Shown: piece by piece, positions 19,683 to 29,739 of the stretch
How positions within the stretch are numbered: position 1 is the first letter of the stretch
Layout of the letters: every line of letters starts with the position of its first letter
Origin: an uncultured Chloroflexia bacterium
GTDB lineage: Bacteria > Chloroflexota > Limnocylindria > Limnocylindrales > CSP1-4
Length of the DNA: 64,000 nt
Direction: 5' to 3'
Assembly (NCBI GenBank): GCA_963721015.1
Contig: CAVRHM010000006.1
Location: 914,154 to 978,153 of the forward strand
Made by a program: the position numbers and the translations under genes
Notes under the pieces: generated by a model
Seen by the model: the letters and a program-made list of their open reading frames with translations, nothing else
Told to the model about the DNA's origin: nothing
The model's database searches: none

Positions 19683-21961
19683 GTGCGTACCTTCCTCGTC
19701 CTTGCCATCTTCGTCCTGTCCGGGGCAGCCGGGCTCGTCTACGAGATCGTCTGGTCGCGCCAGCTGGTCCTCGTCTTCGGCAACACGACCCAGGCCGTCG
19801 CGGCCATCCTGACCGGGTTCTTCGGCGGGATGGCCATCGGGGCCGTGGTCGGCGGCCGCCTGGCCGACCGGGTCCGCTCGCCGCTCCGGATGTATGCCGT
19901 GCTGGAGCTGGTCCTCGTCGTCGTCGTCCTCGTCACACCGGTCACCTTCGGGCTCATCCTGGAGGCCTATCGCGGCCTCTACCCGTCGGTCGAGGGCACC
20001 GCGTGGCTGCCCATCGGACGGCTCGTCCTGGCCGTCCTGGCGCTGGCCCCGGCGACGATCCTCATGGGCGCCACCTTCCCGAGCCTGATGCGCCACCTGA
20101 CGACGACGGGTACGCTCAGCCGGTCGTTCGGCCGGCTGTATGCCGCCAACACGGTCGGAGCGATCGTCGGGACGCTGGCGGCCGGCCTCGTCCTCATCGA
20201 GCTGCTGGGCCTGACCGGCGCCCTCGTCGTCGGTGCGACGTGCTCGGCGATCGCCGGTCTGGCAGCCCTGGGCCTGGACCGGCGACGGCCGGCTGACGCC
20301 GCGCCGGGACCGGTCGACGCCAGCGCCGCCGCCACGACGCCGCCGCCAGCGATCGACGCCGCCGACGCCGACACCGCGCCGACCACCGACCGGTCCCGGG
20401 TCGGCCTGGCCCTCGTCATCGCCTTCGTCTCCGGGTTCACGTCGCTCGGCTACCAGGTCACCTGGACCCGGCTGCTGGCGTCCGGCACCGGCAACACGAC
20501 CTACGTCTTCACGGTCATCCTCGCGACGTTCCTGACCGGCATCGCCCTCGGCGCCTGCTGTTCAACGTCATCGGGCCGCGCATCCGGCACCCGATCCGGG
20601 TCCTGTCGGCGGCCCAGGCACTCGTCGCCGCCCTGGCCATCATCGGCCTCGTGACGGTCCTGGGGCAGCCGGAGGAGCTCGTGCCGGGGCAGCCGCTGGA
20701 GACGCTGCGGACGCTGTTCAGCTCGGTCATCCTCGTCGTCCTGCCGGTCACCATCGTCCTGGGCGTCGCCTTCCCGGCGGCGTCGGCCCTCCTGCGCGAC
20801 CGCGCCAGCGAGGCGGGCACCGAATCGGGGGGCCTCCTGGCCGTCAACACGACCGGCGCCATCCTGGCCAGCCTGGCCATCCCGTTCGTCCTCATGCCCG
20901 CGCTCGGCTCGCCGGCGATCATCGTCGTCCTGGCGGTCATCAACGGGCTGCTCGCCATCGGCCTCGCGATGGTCGCCGTGCCACGCTCCCGGACGCTCGC
21001 CCTCGTCGGCGCGGCCGTCGTCGTGGCCATCGTCGTCGTCGCCATCCGCCCCGGCGCCGTCGTCCAGCCCAACGAGGCGTTCATCGCGTCACGCAACGGG
21101 ACCCTGTTCGACTCGACCGAGGACGAGATCGCGTCCGTGCAGGCCGGCCAGATCCGCTCGACGCCGGAGCTGTGGGTGGCCGGCACCTCGATGACCCTGC
21201 TGACGGTCGACGCCAAGCTCATGCCCATCCTGCCGCTCATCGCCCGGCCGGAGGCCGATCGCGCCCTGGTCGTGGCCTTCGGGATGGGCACCGCCTTCCG
21301 ATCCGCGCTCATCGCCGGGCTGGAGACCGACGTCGTCGAGCTCGTGCCGTCCGTGCCCGACATGTTCGGGTTCTACTACCCGGATGCGGCCGACGTCCTG
21401 GCCGATCCGGCGGGCCGCGTCGTCGTGGCCGATGGCCGCAACCACCTGGAGCTGACCGACGAGCGCTTCGACATCATCATCACCGACCCACCGCCGCCCA
21501 TCGAGAGCTCGGGTGCCTCGGTCATCTCGTCGCTCGAGTACTACGAGGCCGGCCGCGACCACCTGACCGAGGGCGGGATCATGATGCAGTGGCTGCCGTA
21601 CGGCGCGCCGCTCGAGGACCTGCAGGAGCACGTGCGGACGTTCGCGGCGGTCTTCCCCGAGGTGAGCGTCATCCGCGGGGCGGGCGGGTACGGCGCCTAC
21701 ATGCTCGGCTCGGACGCGCCGATCACCATCGACGACGACGCGATCCGGGCGGTCCTGGAGCGCCCCGGCGTCCTCGACGACATCTCGTCCGCCTACGACT
21801 CGCCGGCCGACACCGTCGAGGGCTGGGTCCAGACCATCGCCGACCTCCGCTGGCTCGACGGCGACGGCGTCGCGGCCTTCGCCCATGACGGCCCGCTCAT
21901 CACCGACGACCGCCCCCGGCCCGAGTACTTCCTGCTCCGGCGGCTGACAGCCGGCAGCTAG
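19683..21961 (+). CDS. Fused MFS-like/spermidine synthase-like protein, frameshift near 20555
   Basis: FVLSGAAGLVYEIVWSRQL, LYAANTVGA, second repeat FTSLGYQVTWTRLL; C-terminal AFGMG, VELVP, ADGRNHL, FDIIITDPP. Confidence 0.82.
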
Positions 21962-22041
21962 CGGGCCCCGCCGACGGGGGCGTCCCGCCAGCCGGTTGCC
22001 GTCGCAACCATCTCCGGCCATCCGGTGCTATCCTCGCGGCG

Positions 22042-23220
22042 ATGACCGCCCCCGCCCTCGACACGGAGCCTGCCTGTCCAGGTCTCGCCGAGGCGCTCGA
22101 CTCCCTGACCCCACCACCGCCCGGCCGGCTGCGCGCCGAGCGGCGCGCGTTCGATGCCATCCCACGCCAGACCTGGGACGCGCTCGCCCAGCGCCAGCCG
22201 TGGGCCACGCCGTTCTCCGCCTGGGCGTTCCACCGGGCGTGGTGGGACGCGTACGCGGCCAACGCGCACGAGGAGACGCTCGTCGTCCTGGACGGCGACG
22301 ACCGGATCGTGGCCATCGCGCCGTTCATGCATCGCCACGAGGTCGAGCCGATCGACGCACTGACCCACACGACGATGCGCCACCAGCGCGATCGCCTGAC
22401 GCCCGTGAACCCGGCCGCCAAGGCCGTCTTCTTCGGGGCGTCCTACCACGCCGACTACGCCACCCTCCTGGCCGATCCCGACGACATGCCGGCGGTGGCC
22501 GAGGCGATCGTCGCCTACTTCGCCGGCCCGGACTGCGGTGACTGGGACGTCGTCGACCTGCGTCGCCTGCGCTGCGGCGACCCGGCCGCCGATGCCCTGA
22601 CCGAGGCGTTCGAGACGCACCGGGTCGAGCACGGCTGGACGCTCGACGTCGAGCGCGAGGATGTCTGCCCGGTCGTGACCTTCCCCGAAGGCATCGACCT
22701 GGACGGCTATCTCGCGACGCTCGGCAAGAAGGAGCGCCACGAGATCCGGCGCAAGGTCCGGCGAGCCGAGGCGGTCGGCGAGATCCGCCTGGAGCACGCG
22801 ACCGACCCGATCGCCGAGCTCGAGGCGTTCATCGACCTCCACCAGAAGCGCTGGGGGGCCGACGGCCTGTTCCCGCCGACGCCGGGCGGGGCGCAGAGCC
22901 GGGTCCTCTTCCGGCGCCTGTTCGAGCTGTTCGGGGCGGACGGCCCGCTGCAGCTGTGCTTCCTGTCGGTCGGCGGCCGGCGGATCGCGGCCGGCATCCA
23001 CTTCGAGACGTCGGACAGCGTCCTCTACTACAACGCCGGGGTCGACCCGGACGCGCGCGACCTGTCGCCGGGCGTGCTCATGGTCTACGGCTACGTCGCG
23101 GGTGCCCTGGCGGCCGGCAAGCGCCGGATGGACTTCCTGCGCGGCGACGAGTCGTACAAGTACGAGTGGGGCGCGGTGGACGAGCCCATCCAGCGCGTGC
23201 TCCTCGGACGAACCGTCTGA
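22042..23220 (+). CDS. GNAT-family acetyltransferase (CelD/BcsL type)
   Basis: PFSAWAFHRAWW, DYATLL, KERHEIRRKVRR, YYNAG...SPG, DFLRGDESYKYEW. Confidence 0.85.
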   Translation: MTAPALDTEPACPGLAEALDSLTPPPPGRLRAERRAFDAIPRQTWDALAQRQPWATPFSAWAFHRAWWDAYAANAHEETLVVLDGDDRIVAIAPFMHRHEVEPIDALTHTTMRHQRDRLTPVNPAAKAVFFGASYHADYATLLADPDDMPAVAEAIVAYFAGPDCGDWDVVDLRRLRCGDPAADALTEAFETHRVEHGWTLDVEREDVCPVVTFPEGIDLDGYLATLGKKERHEIRRKVRRAEAVGEIRLEHATDPIAELEAFIDLHQKRWGADGLFPPTPGGAQSRVLFRRLFELFGADGPLQLCFLSVGGRRIAAGIHFETSDSVLYYNAGVDPDARDLSPGVLMVYGYVAGALAAGKRRMDFLRGDESYKYEWGAVDEPIQRVLLGRTV

Positions 23221-23221
23221 C

Positions 23222-24427
23222 ATGAGTGCCCCAGGCCCGTTCGATCCCTGCCTCGACACGATCGAGCGCCCGTCCCTGGCCGGCGGCCGGCGGATCCGGG
23301 TCGTCCAGCTCCTCGCCACGGGCTCGAACGGCGGCGCCCAGGAGCATCTCTATTCGCTGGTCACCCGGATGGACCACGAGCGCTACGACGTGTCCATCGT
23401 GTCGCTGTCGCCGGGCAGCGCGGTCCGCAAGCTGGAGCGAGCCGGCTTCCCCGTCCTCGTCATCGACGAGCCGGATGACGCCATCGCCGTCGGGGCCCTG
23501 GCGGCCTACCTCTCGGAGATCCGGGCGGACGTCGTCCACAACCACATGTTCCGGGCGGAGACGGTCGGGACCCGGGCGACCATCGCCCTGGCCGAGATCG
23601 GCCAGCGCCGGCCGTACGTCGTGTCGACCGTCCACTCGAGCCGCATCCGCTCGGAGGCGGACCGCCAGCACCTGCGCGACCTGACGCCGCACATGGACCA
23701 GCTCATCGCCGTGTCCCGGGCGATCGAGCACAAGCTCGTCGACGAGGAACGGGTCCAGGCGCCGGTCCGGCTCATCTACAACGGCGTGGACCTGTCCCGC
23801 TACGACGACCAGGAAGCGTGCTGCACGCTGCCCGAGGAGTACGGGATGGAGCCCGGCTCGCAGATCGTCGGCGTCGTCGCCCGGCTGGAGCCGGAGAAGG
23901 GCCATCCGACGCTGCTCGAGGCCTGGCCCCTCGTCCTGCGCTCCGTGCCGAACGCCTACCTGCTCATCGTCGGCGAGGGCTCGCGGCGCGAGGCCCTCGA
24001 GGCCCAGGCTCGGGAGCTGCGCATCGCGCACCGCGTCGTGTTCACCGGCCGTCGCGACGACGTCCCGGCCGTGACGGCCGCGCTCGACGTCGCCGTCCTG
24101 CCCTCGTACCGCGAGGCCCAGGGCCTGTCCGTCCTCGAGGCCATGGCCCTGTCCCGGCCGGTCGTGGCGTCCAACGTCGGCGGCATCCCGGAGATGATCA
24201 CGGACGGCCGGACGGGCCTCCTCGTGCCGCCCCACGACGCCGCAGCGTTGGCCGGCGCGATCAGCCGACTCCTGCTCGACCACCCGTATGCCGACACGAT
24301 CGGTCGGGCCGGTCACGACATGGTCCATGACCGGTTCTGCGTCGAGCTCATGGTCAGCGCCATCCAGACGATCTACGACGAGGGCGCCCGAAGCGTGCGC
24401 CTCTCGGAGGTCGCCGCCGCGGTCTAA
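23222..24427 (+). CDS. Glycosyltransferase family 4 (GT-B)
   Basis: GGAQEH, IAVS, LIYNGVD, ARLEPEKG, PSYREAQGLSVLEAMA, VGGIPE. Confidence 0.9.
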   Translation: MSAPGPFDPCLDTIERPSLAGGRRIRVVQLLATGSNGGAQEHLYSLVTRMDHERYDVSIVSLSPGSAVRKLERAGFPVLVIDEPDDAIAVGALAAYLSEIRADVVHNHMFRAETVGTRATIALAEIGQRRPYVVSTVHSSRIRSEADRQHLRDLTPHMDQLIAVSRAIEHKLVDEERVQAPVRLIYNGVDLSRYDDQEACCTLPEEYGMEPGSQIVGVVARLEPEKGHPTLLEAWPLVLRSVPNAYLLIVGEGSRREALEAQARELRIAHRVVFTGRRDDVPAVTAALDVAVLPSYREAQGLSVLEAMALSRPVVASNVGGIPEMITDGRTGLLVPPHDAAALAGAISRLLLDHPYADTIGRAGHDMVHDRFCVELMVSAIQTIYDEGARSVRLSEVAAAV

Positions 24428-24481
24428 CGATCCGGCGGCCCTCAGTGGGCCCCGGGGCTCCCAGCGGGTAGGACCATCGGG

Positions 24482-25969
24482 ATGGTGCCGCCACGCACCG
24501 CGCCCGCTAGCATGCCGGTCGTGTCGCGGTCACAGCTCTGGACGTTCCTGGCCATCGCCCTGCCGGTCTTGGCCGCGCTGCTCGCCAGCCTGCCCAGCGT
24601 CGACCTGACCTACCACCTGCGGGCTGGCGCCGAGATCCTCGAGACCGGGGCCATCCCGAACGCCGACACGTGGACGTTCACCGCGCTCGGGATGCCCTGG
24701 ATCGACCAGCAATGGGGCGCCCAGCTCGTGCTCGCCAGCGTCGAGCGCGTCGGCGGGTGGACCGGCCTCGTCCTCCTGCGTGCGGCACTCGTCGGCTGGA
24801 TCGTCACCTGCCTGTTCGTCATCGCCCGGCGCTCGCTGGACCCGCGCTCCGCGTCGCTCCTGACCCTGGCCGCGTTCGTCGTCGCCGTCGTCACCCTCGC
24901 CCTCCGGCCACAGCTCTTCGGGATGGCCGCCTTCGCGACCGTCCTCCTCCTGGTCGCGCGCCGCCGCGAGCATCCGACGATGCTCTGGCTCGTCCCGGTC
25001 ATCACGCTCGTCTGGGCCAACCTCCACGGCAGCTTCTTCCTGGGCCCGGTCGTGCTCGGGCTGGCCTGGCTCCAGGACGTCCACGACGGCGTCCCGGCGC
25101 CGCATCGGACCCTGCTCGTCGGGATCGTCAGCGCCGTCGCCGCGTGCCTCACGCCGTTCGGACCGGCGGTCTGGGTCTACGCCATCGGCCTGTCCGTGGA
25201 TCCGCTCGTCACCACCCGGATCACCGAGTGGCAGCCCACCTCGTTGCGCGACGTGCCGGGGATCGCCTTCTTCGTGTCCGCCCTCGCCGTCGCCGCCGTG
25301 CTCGCCCGACGTGGCCGGCCGACCGACTGGCCGACGCTCCTGTGGTTCGCCGTGTTCTTCCTCATCGGGACCTACGCGATCCGAGGCCTGGCCTGGTGGC
25401 CGCTGGCGGTCGTGCCGGCCCTGGCGCCGATCCTGGCGTCGCTCCGGGCGCCCCGTCCGGCGACCGACGCGGTCGACGCCGCGCCTCCGCCGGAACCGGC
25501 CGGCCTCCGTCGCCTCAACGCGCTGGTCGCGGTCGTGCTCGGTCTGGCCATCGTCGCCCTGCTGCCGGTGTGGCGCCCGGTCGATCCCGGCCTGGATGCG
25601 CCGGCCGGCGTCGTCGGCAACGCCCCGCCTGGCATCACCGCCGCCCTGCGGACGATCGCCGGGCCCGACGATCGCCTGTTCAACCCGCAGCCGTGGGGCT
25701 CGTGGTTCAGCTACGCCCTGCCGGACCTGCCCATCGCCATCGATTCGCGGATCGAGCTGTACCCGGCGGAGGTGTGGGACCGGTACCAGGCCGTCAGCGC
25801 GGGGGTGGACGGCTGGGCCGAGCAACTCGACGATTGGGGGGTGACCCTGGTCGTCATCGGCGAGGGCCAGGGCCGCGCGTTGCTGGATCGACTGCTGGCC
25901 GCCGGCTGGACCGAGGCCCACGCGGACGACGATGGCTGGATCCTTCGGACCCCGGAGGCAACGACATGA
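24482..25969 (+). CDS. Multi-TM membrane protein, probable GT-C fold
   Basis: DLTYHLRAGAEIL, QQWG, LRPQLF, WANLHGSF, ITEWQP motifs; C-terminal FNPQPWGSWF...IDSRIELY domain. Confidence 0.6.
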   Translation: MVPPRTAPASMPVVSRSQLWTFLAIALPVLAALLASLPSVDLTYHLRAGAEILETGAIPNADTWTFTALGMPWIDQQWGAQLVLASVERVGGWTGLVLLRAALVGWIVTCLFVIARRSLDPRSASLLTLAAFVVAVVTLALRPQLFGMAAFATVLLLVARRREHPTMLWLVPVITLVWANLHGSFFLGPVVLGLAWLQDVHDGVPAPHRTLLVGIVSAVAACLTPFGPAVWVYAIGLSVDPLVTTRITEWQPTSLRDVPGIAFFVSALAVAAVLARRGRPTDWPTLLWFAVFFLIGTYAIRGLAWWPLAVVPALAPILASLRAPRPATDAVDAAPPPEPAGLRRLNALVAVVLGLAIVALLPVWRPVDPGLDAPAGVVGNAPPGITAALRTIAGPDDRLFNPQPWGSWFSYALPDLPIAIDSRIELYPAEVWDRYQAVSAGVDGWAEQLDDWGVTLVVIGEGQGRALLDRLLAAGWTEAHADDDGWILRTPEATT

Positions 25970-26850
25970 CCCTGGCCGACGCCTGGGCTCGATGGCGAGC
26001 ACCGATCCGGCTGGCCCTGTCCATCGTCGGCGTCCTCGCCGTGCCCTACATCATGTGGGTCAATCGCGATCGCGCGACGTTCCTCGGCTTCGATGCCTAC
26101 GCCTACTGGTCGATGGACTTCGACGACCTGTACGGCATCGTGTACATGCAGCTCGGGTCGTTCCGCTACACGCCGGCCTTCGCCCAGGCCTTCGCCTGGG
26201 TCTCCCTCCTGCCGTGGGAGGTCTACCTGGGGCTGCTGATCGCCGGGATGCTGGCGATGCTCGTGTGGTGGGGCCGCAGCTGGGCCCTCGCGCTCATCGC
26301 CTTCCCGCCGGTCGCCCTGGTCCTGTACCACGGCAACATCGACATGTACGTCGCGGCCGCGATGGTCATCGGCATGCGCTTCGCGCCCGCCTGGGCGTTC
26401 GTCTTCCTGAGCAAGGTCACGCCCGGCCTGGCCATCCTGTGGTTCGTGGGGCGCCGAGACTGGCGGTCGTTCTCACTGGCCGTCGTGGCGACGGCCGTGA
26501 TCATGGGCGTCTCGTTCGTGGCCGCTCCGCACCTGTGGGTGGAGTGGTTCCAGACGATGCGCGAGAGCCTGTCGTTCGTGCCGCCGCGGCCCTATCCCAT
26601 CGACATCCCGTTCCTGCTCCGCGCGCCGATCGCGGCCGTGATCGCGCTCTGGGGCGGGGCCACGAATCGCTCCTGGACCATCCCGATCGCGGGTGTCCTG
26701 GCGTTGCCCGTGGTCTGGGTGCCCGGCCTGTCGATGCTCGTCGCGATCCTGCCCCTGTGGCGCCGCGACCGCGCCGTGGGCAGCCAGGCCGTCCCGGCCG
26801 CCTTCACGCGACCCCTCGGCACCGTCAGCGGCGAGCCGACGGCCGGCTGA
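25966..26850 (+). CDS. GT87/DUF2029-family transferase
   Basis: GFDAYAYW, FRYTP, GNID, LSKVTPG; close paralogue of 8151..9011. Confidence 0.8.
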   Translation: MTLADAWARWRAPIRLALSIVGVLAVPYIMWVNRDRATFLGFDAYAYWSMDFDDLYGIVYMQLGSFRYTPAFAQAFAWVSLLPWEVYLGLLIAGMLAMLVWWGRSWALALIAFPPVALVLYHGNIDMYVAAAMVIGMRFAPAWAFVFLSKVTPGLAILWFVGRRDWRSFSLAVVATAVIMGVSFVAAPHLWVEWFQTMRESLSFVPPRPYPIDIPFLLRAPIAAVIALWGGATNRSWTIPIAGVLALPVVWVPGLSMLVAILPLWRRDRAVGSQAVPAAFTRPLGTVSGEPTAG

Positions 26851-27888
26851 TCAGGCCGATCCCGGCCGGGAGGGCAGGGTCCCCGCAGCGGGCGCCGCGT
26901 CCGGCTCGTCGGAGCGCGACGCGGACGGCGCCGGATCCGACGCGTCAGCCGACTGCAGCGGCCAGATCGCCGGCGCCAGCGCCGTCAGCAGGATCGAGAA
27001 CCAGTTGATGTTGATGACCGGCGAGCCGAGCAGCATCGTGACGATGCACACGGACCACGCGAGGCCCGGCCTGGCCCGCACGAGCCAGACCGTCACGAGA
27101 CCGACGACGAGGGCGACCGTCGGGAGCATGGTCGCGACCTGGTCGGCGACGCCCACGTAGCGGGCCATCCCGGCGAGGCTCAGGTTGCTCGTCCCGGTCG
27201 AGGCGGTCTGCCGGACGATGCCCAGGTACTCGAAATGGGGGGCCAGGCCGGCCCCCAGCACGCTGACGACGGCGATGACGACGCCGGCCAGGACGAAGCC
27301 CCGGATGCCGTCCCACCGCCGTTGGGTGATGAGCCACCAGGCGAGGACCATCGGGGTCAGCTTCAGGGCCGTCATCCCCGCGATGAGGGCGCCGGCCGGC
27401 GCGTCGCGGCCGCGGCTCAGGAGATACCACGAGCCGACGAGGCCGGCCACGAGCAGCGCGTTGAGGTTGCCGACGCCGATCTCGTACACGAGCGGGATGG
27501 TCAGGACGATGACCGCCAGGCCCACGAGGATCGGCCGGTGCCGGAGCATGACCAGGATCGTCCCGACGATGGCCACGATGCAGGCGATCCACCACAGGTA
27601 GACGCCGCTCTCCGAGGGCAGGGCGGCCAGGGGTCGGAAGAGGACGGCGATCGGCGGCGGCGACAGGAGCGGCACGGTCCAGAACGGGGGTTGCAGGACC
27701 ACGGGTCGGTCGCCGGGCGACAGCGCGTACAGGAGGTGGCCGTCGTTGAGCCGCTCGCCGGCCGCGAGGTACGTGAAGGCGTCACCCGGGACCAGGCCAC
27801 GCGAGAAGTACGCGATCTGGACGGCGATCACCAGGCCGAACGCCAGGGCCGGGACGACGACGCGCAGGAGACGTTGGCCGCGATCCAT
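26851..27888 (-). CDS. GT87/DUF2029-family transferase
   Basis: GDAFTY...AGERL, LSPP, GNLN, LKLTP motifs. Confidence 0.75.
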   Translation of the reverse strand: MDRGQRLLRVVVPALAFGLVIAVQIAYFSRGLVPGDAFTYLAAGERLNDGHLLYALSPGDRPVVLQPPFWTVPLLSPPPIAVLFRPLAALPSESGVYLWWIACIVAIVGTILVMLRHRPILVGLAVIVLTIPLVYEIGVGNLNALLVAGLVGSWYLLSRGRDAPAGALIAGMTALKLTPMVLAWWLITQRRWDGIRGFVLAGVVIAVVSVLGAGLAPHFEYLGIVRQTASTGTSNLSLAGMARYVGVADQVATMLPTVALVVGLVTVWLVRARPGLAWSVCIVTMLLGSPVININWFSILLTALAPAIWPLQSADASDPAPSASRSDEPDAAPAAGTLPSRPGSA

Positions 27889-27982
27889 CGGCGAGATGCT
27901 ACGCGGAGTGACGCGAGCGGGCGTCAGTACTATGTGGTGGTTGCGTCCTGGCACCACCGGCCAGCACGATCGTCACCACCCG

Positions 27983-28741
27983 ATGGATCTCGAGATGCCG
28001 CCTTCGACTCCCGCCTCGACCGCGCCGGGCGTTCCGCTCGTGGCTGTCATCATCCCGGCCCTGAACGAGGCCGGGAAGGTCGGGCGCGTCCTCGACAAGA
28101 TCCCGACCGACGGACGGTTCGAGGCGATCGTCGTCGACGACGGCTCCACGGACCGAACGAGTGCCGAAGCCCATGAGCACGGGGCCGCGGTCGTCATCCG
28201 GCACGAGCAGCGTGGCGGGGTCGGGGCGGCCATCCGCGACGGCTGGAAGGCCGGCATCGAGCGCCAGCGACCGTACCTCGCCCTCATCTCCGGTGACGAC
28301 CAGCACGAGCCGAGCGAGCTCTCGGCCGCCCTGGACGCCCTCCTCGCGGCCGACGCCGACTACCTGCAGGGGTCGCGCTGGATGCCCGGCGGCCAGGTCA
28401 TCGGCGCATCGGGCGGACGGGCCCATGGCACGCGACTCTATTCGGCGGCCTTCAGCCTCCTGGTCTGGCGGCGCGTGACCGACGCGACGAACGGATTCCG
28501 GATCTTCCGCAGCGAGCTCCTGTCGGACGCAAAGGTCAACCTGGACCAGCGCTGGCTGGACAGCTACGACCTGGAGCCGTACGTCCTGTACCGGGCCATC
28601 ACTCGCCAGTACCGGGTCATCGAGTTCCCGGTGACGGTCCGCTACCACCGCAACGAGAGCTACACGAAGATGCGCGGGCTGAAGGACTGGTGGCGGCTGT
28701 TCCGCCCGGCCCTGCTGCTGCGGACGGGGGTCAAGCGCTGA
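27983..28741 (+). CDS. GT2 glycosyltransferase (polyprenol-P-sugar synthase-like)
   Basis: IIPALNE, VDDGSTD, GVGAAIRDG, SGDDQH, QGSR, TDATNGFR. Confidence 0.85.
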   Translation: MDLEMPPSTPASTAPGVPLVAVIIPALNEAGKVGRVLDKIPTDGRFEAIVVDDGSTDRTSAEAHEHGAAVVIRHEQRGGVGAAIRDGWKAGIERQRPYLALISGDDQHEPSELSAALDALLAADADYLQGSRWMPGGQVIGASGGRAHGTRLYSAAFSLLVWRRVTDATNGFRIFRSELLSDAKVNLDQRWLDSYDLEPYVLYRAITRQYRVIEFPVTVRYHRNESYTKMRGLKDWWRLFRPALLLRTGVKR

Positions 28742-29739
28742 TGATGGATCGCTCGAACCTGGACCGGGCCTTCGGCGCTCGCCGCATCCTCGTCACGGGT
28801 GGGGCCGGCTTCGTCGGCTCGGCCGTGACCCGTCGGCTGGTCGACGCCGGGGCGCGGGTGACCGTCCTCGACGATCTCTTCACCGGCAAGGCCGACGCGG
28901 TGCCGACCGGCGCGCAGCTGGTCGAGGGCTCGGTCACGGACGCGCAGCTGGTCAGTGACCTCGTCGCCGATCACAGCCTCGTCCTGCACCTGGCCGCGCG
29001 GAACATCATCGCCTCGACGGCCAACCCCCTCGACGACTTCGCCACCAACATCGGTGGCACCCTCAACGTCCTCCTGGCGGCCAAGGCGTCCAAGGTGGAC
29101 CGGGTCGTCTACAGCTCGTCCGCCTCGGTCTACGGCAACCCGCGATCGGTGCCGATCAACGAGGACGATGGGCTCTGGACCCTCTCGCCCTATGCCGCCA
29201 GCAAGCTCGGCGGCGAGAACTACTGCACGGCGTTCTACGAGAGCTACGGCGTGCGCGTCGCGACCGTCCGCTACTCCAACGTCTATGGTCCCGGCCAACG
29301 CCCGGACAACCCCTATTGCGGCGTCGTCTCGAAGTTCCTCGTCGAAGCGCACGCGGGTCGCCCGATCTCGGTCCATGGCGACGGCGAGCAGACCCGCGAC
29401 TACACGTTCATCGACGATGCGGTCGATGCGACCCTCCTGGCCGCCGTCCATCCTCGGGCGGAAGGCGAGATCTTCAACGTCGGGACCGGCATCGAGGTGT
29501 CGGTCAACCACCTGGCGGCGAGCATCGGCGCCGCGCTCGACGTCCCGATCGACATCCAGCACATCGACCGGCGCGACATCGACAACATCCGCCGCCGCGT
29601 CGTCAACATCGAGAAGATCCGGCGGATGCTCCGCTGGACCCCGCAATGGACCCTGGAGCGCGGGCTGACCGAGACCGCGGACTGGTACCGGGCGTCGTCG
29701 TTCGCGAAGGCGGCGATGACGGATCGCCAGCGGGCCTAG
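28741..29739 (+). CDS. NAD-dependent nucleotide-sugar epimerase/dehydratase
   Basis: TGGAGFVGS, YSSSASVYG, YAASK, RYSNVYGP, QTRDYT. Confidence 0.9.
   Translation: MMDRSNLDRAFGARRILVTGGAGFVGSAVTRRLVDAGARVTVLDDLFTGKADAVPTGAQLVEGSVTDAQLVSDLVADHSLVLHLAARNIIASTANPLDDFATNIGGTLNVLLAAKASKVDRVVYSSSASVYGNPRSVPINEDDGLWTLSPYAASKLGGENYCTAFYESYGVRVATVRYSNVYGPGQRPDNPYCGVVSKFLVEAHAGRPISVHGDGEQTRDYTFIDDAVDATLLAAVHPRAEGEIFNVGTGIEVSVNHLAASIGAALDVPIDIQHIDRRDIDNIRRRVVNIEKIRRMLRWTPQWTLERGLTETADWYRASSFAKAAMTDRQRA

Noticed and set aside
24670-26850. Long ORFs such as 24670..26850, 17653..19671, 18813..20654, 9954..11924 and 56764..58599 taken at full length
   Set aside because: N-terminal parts are off-frame overlaps of upstream genes, common in GC-rich DNA; starts were trimmed to coupled or SD-supported codons.
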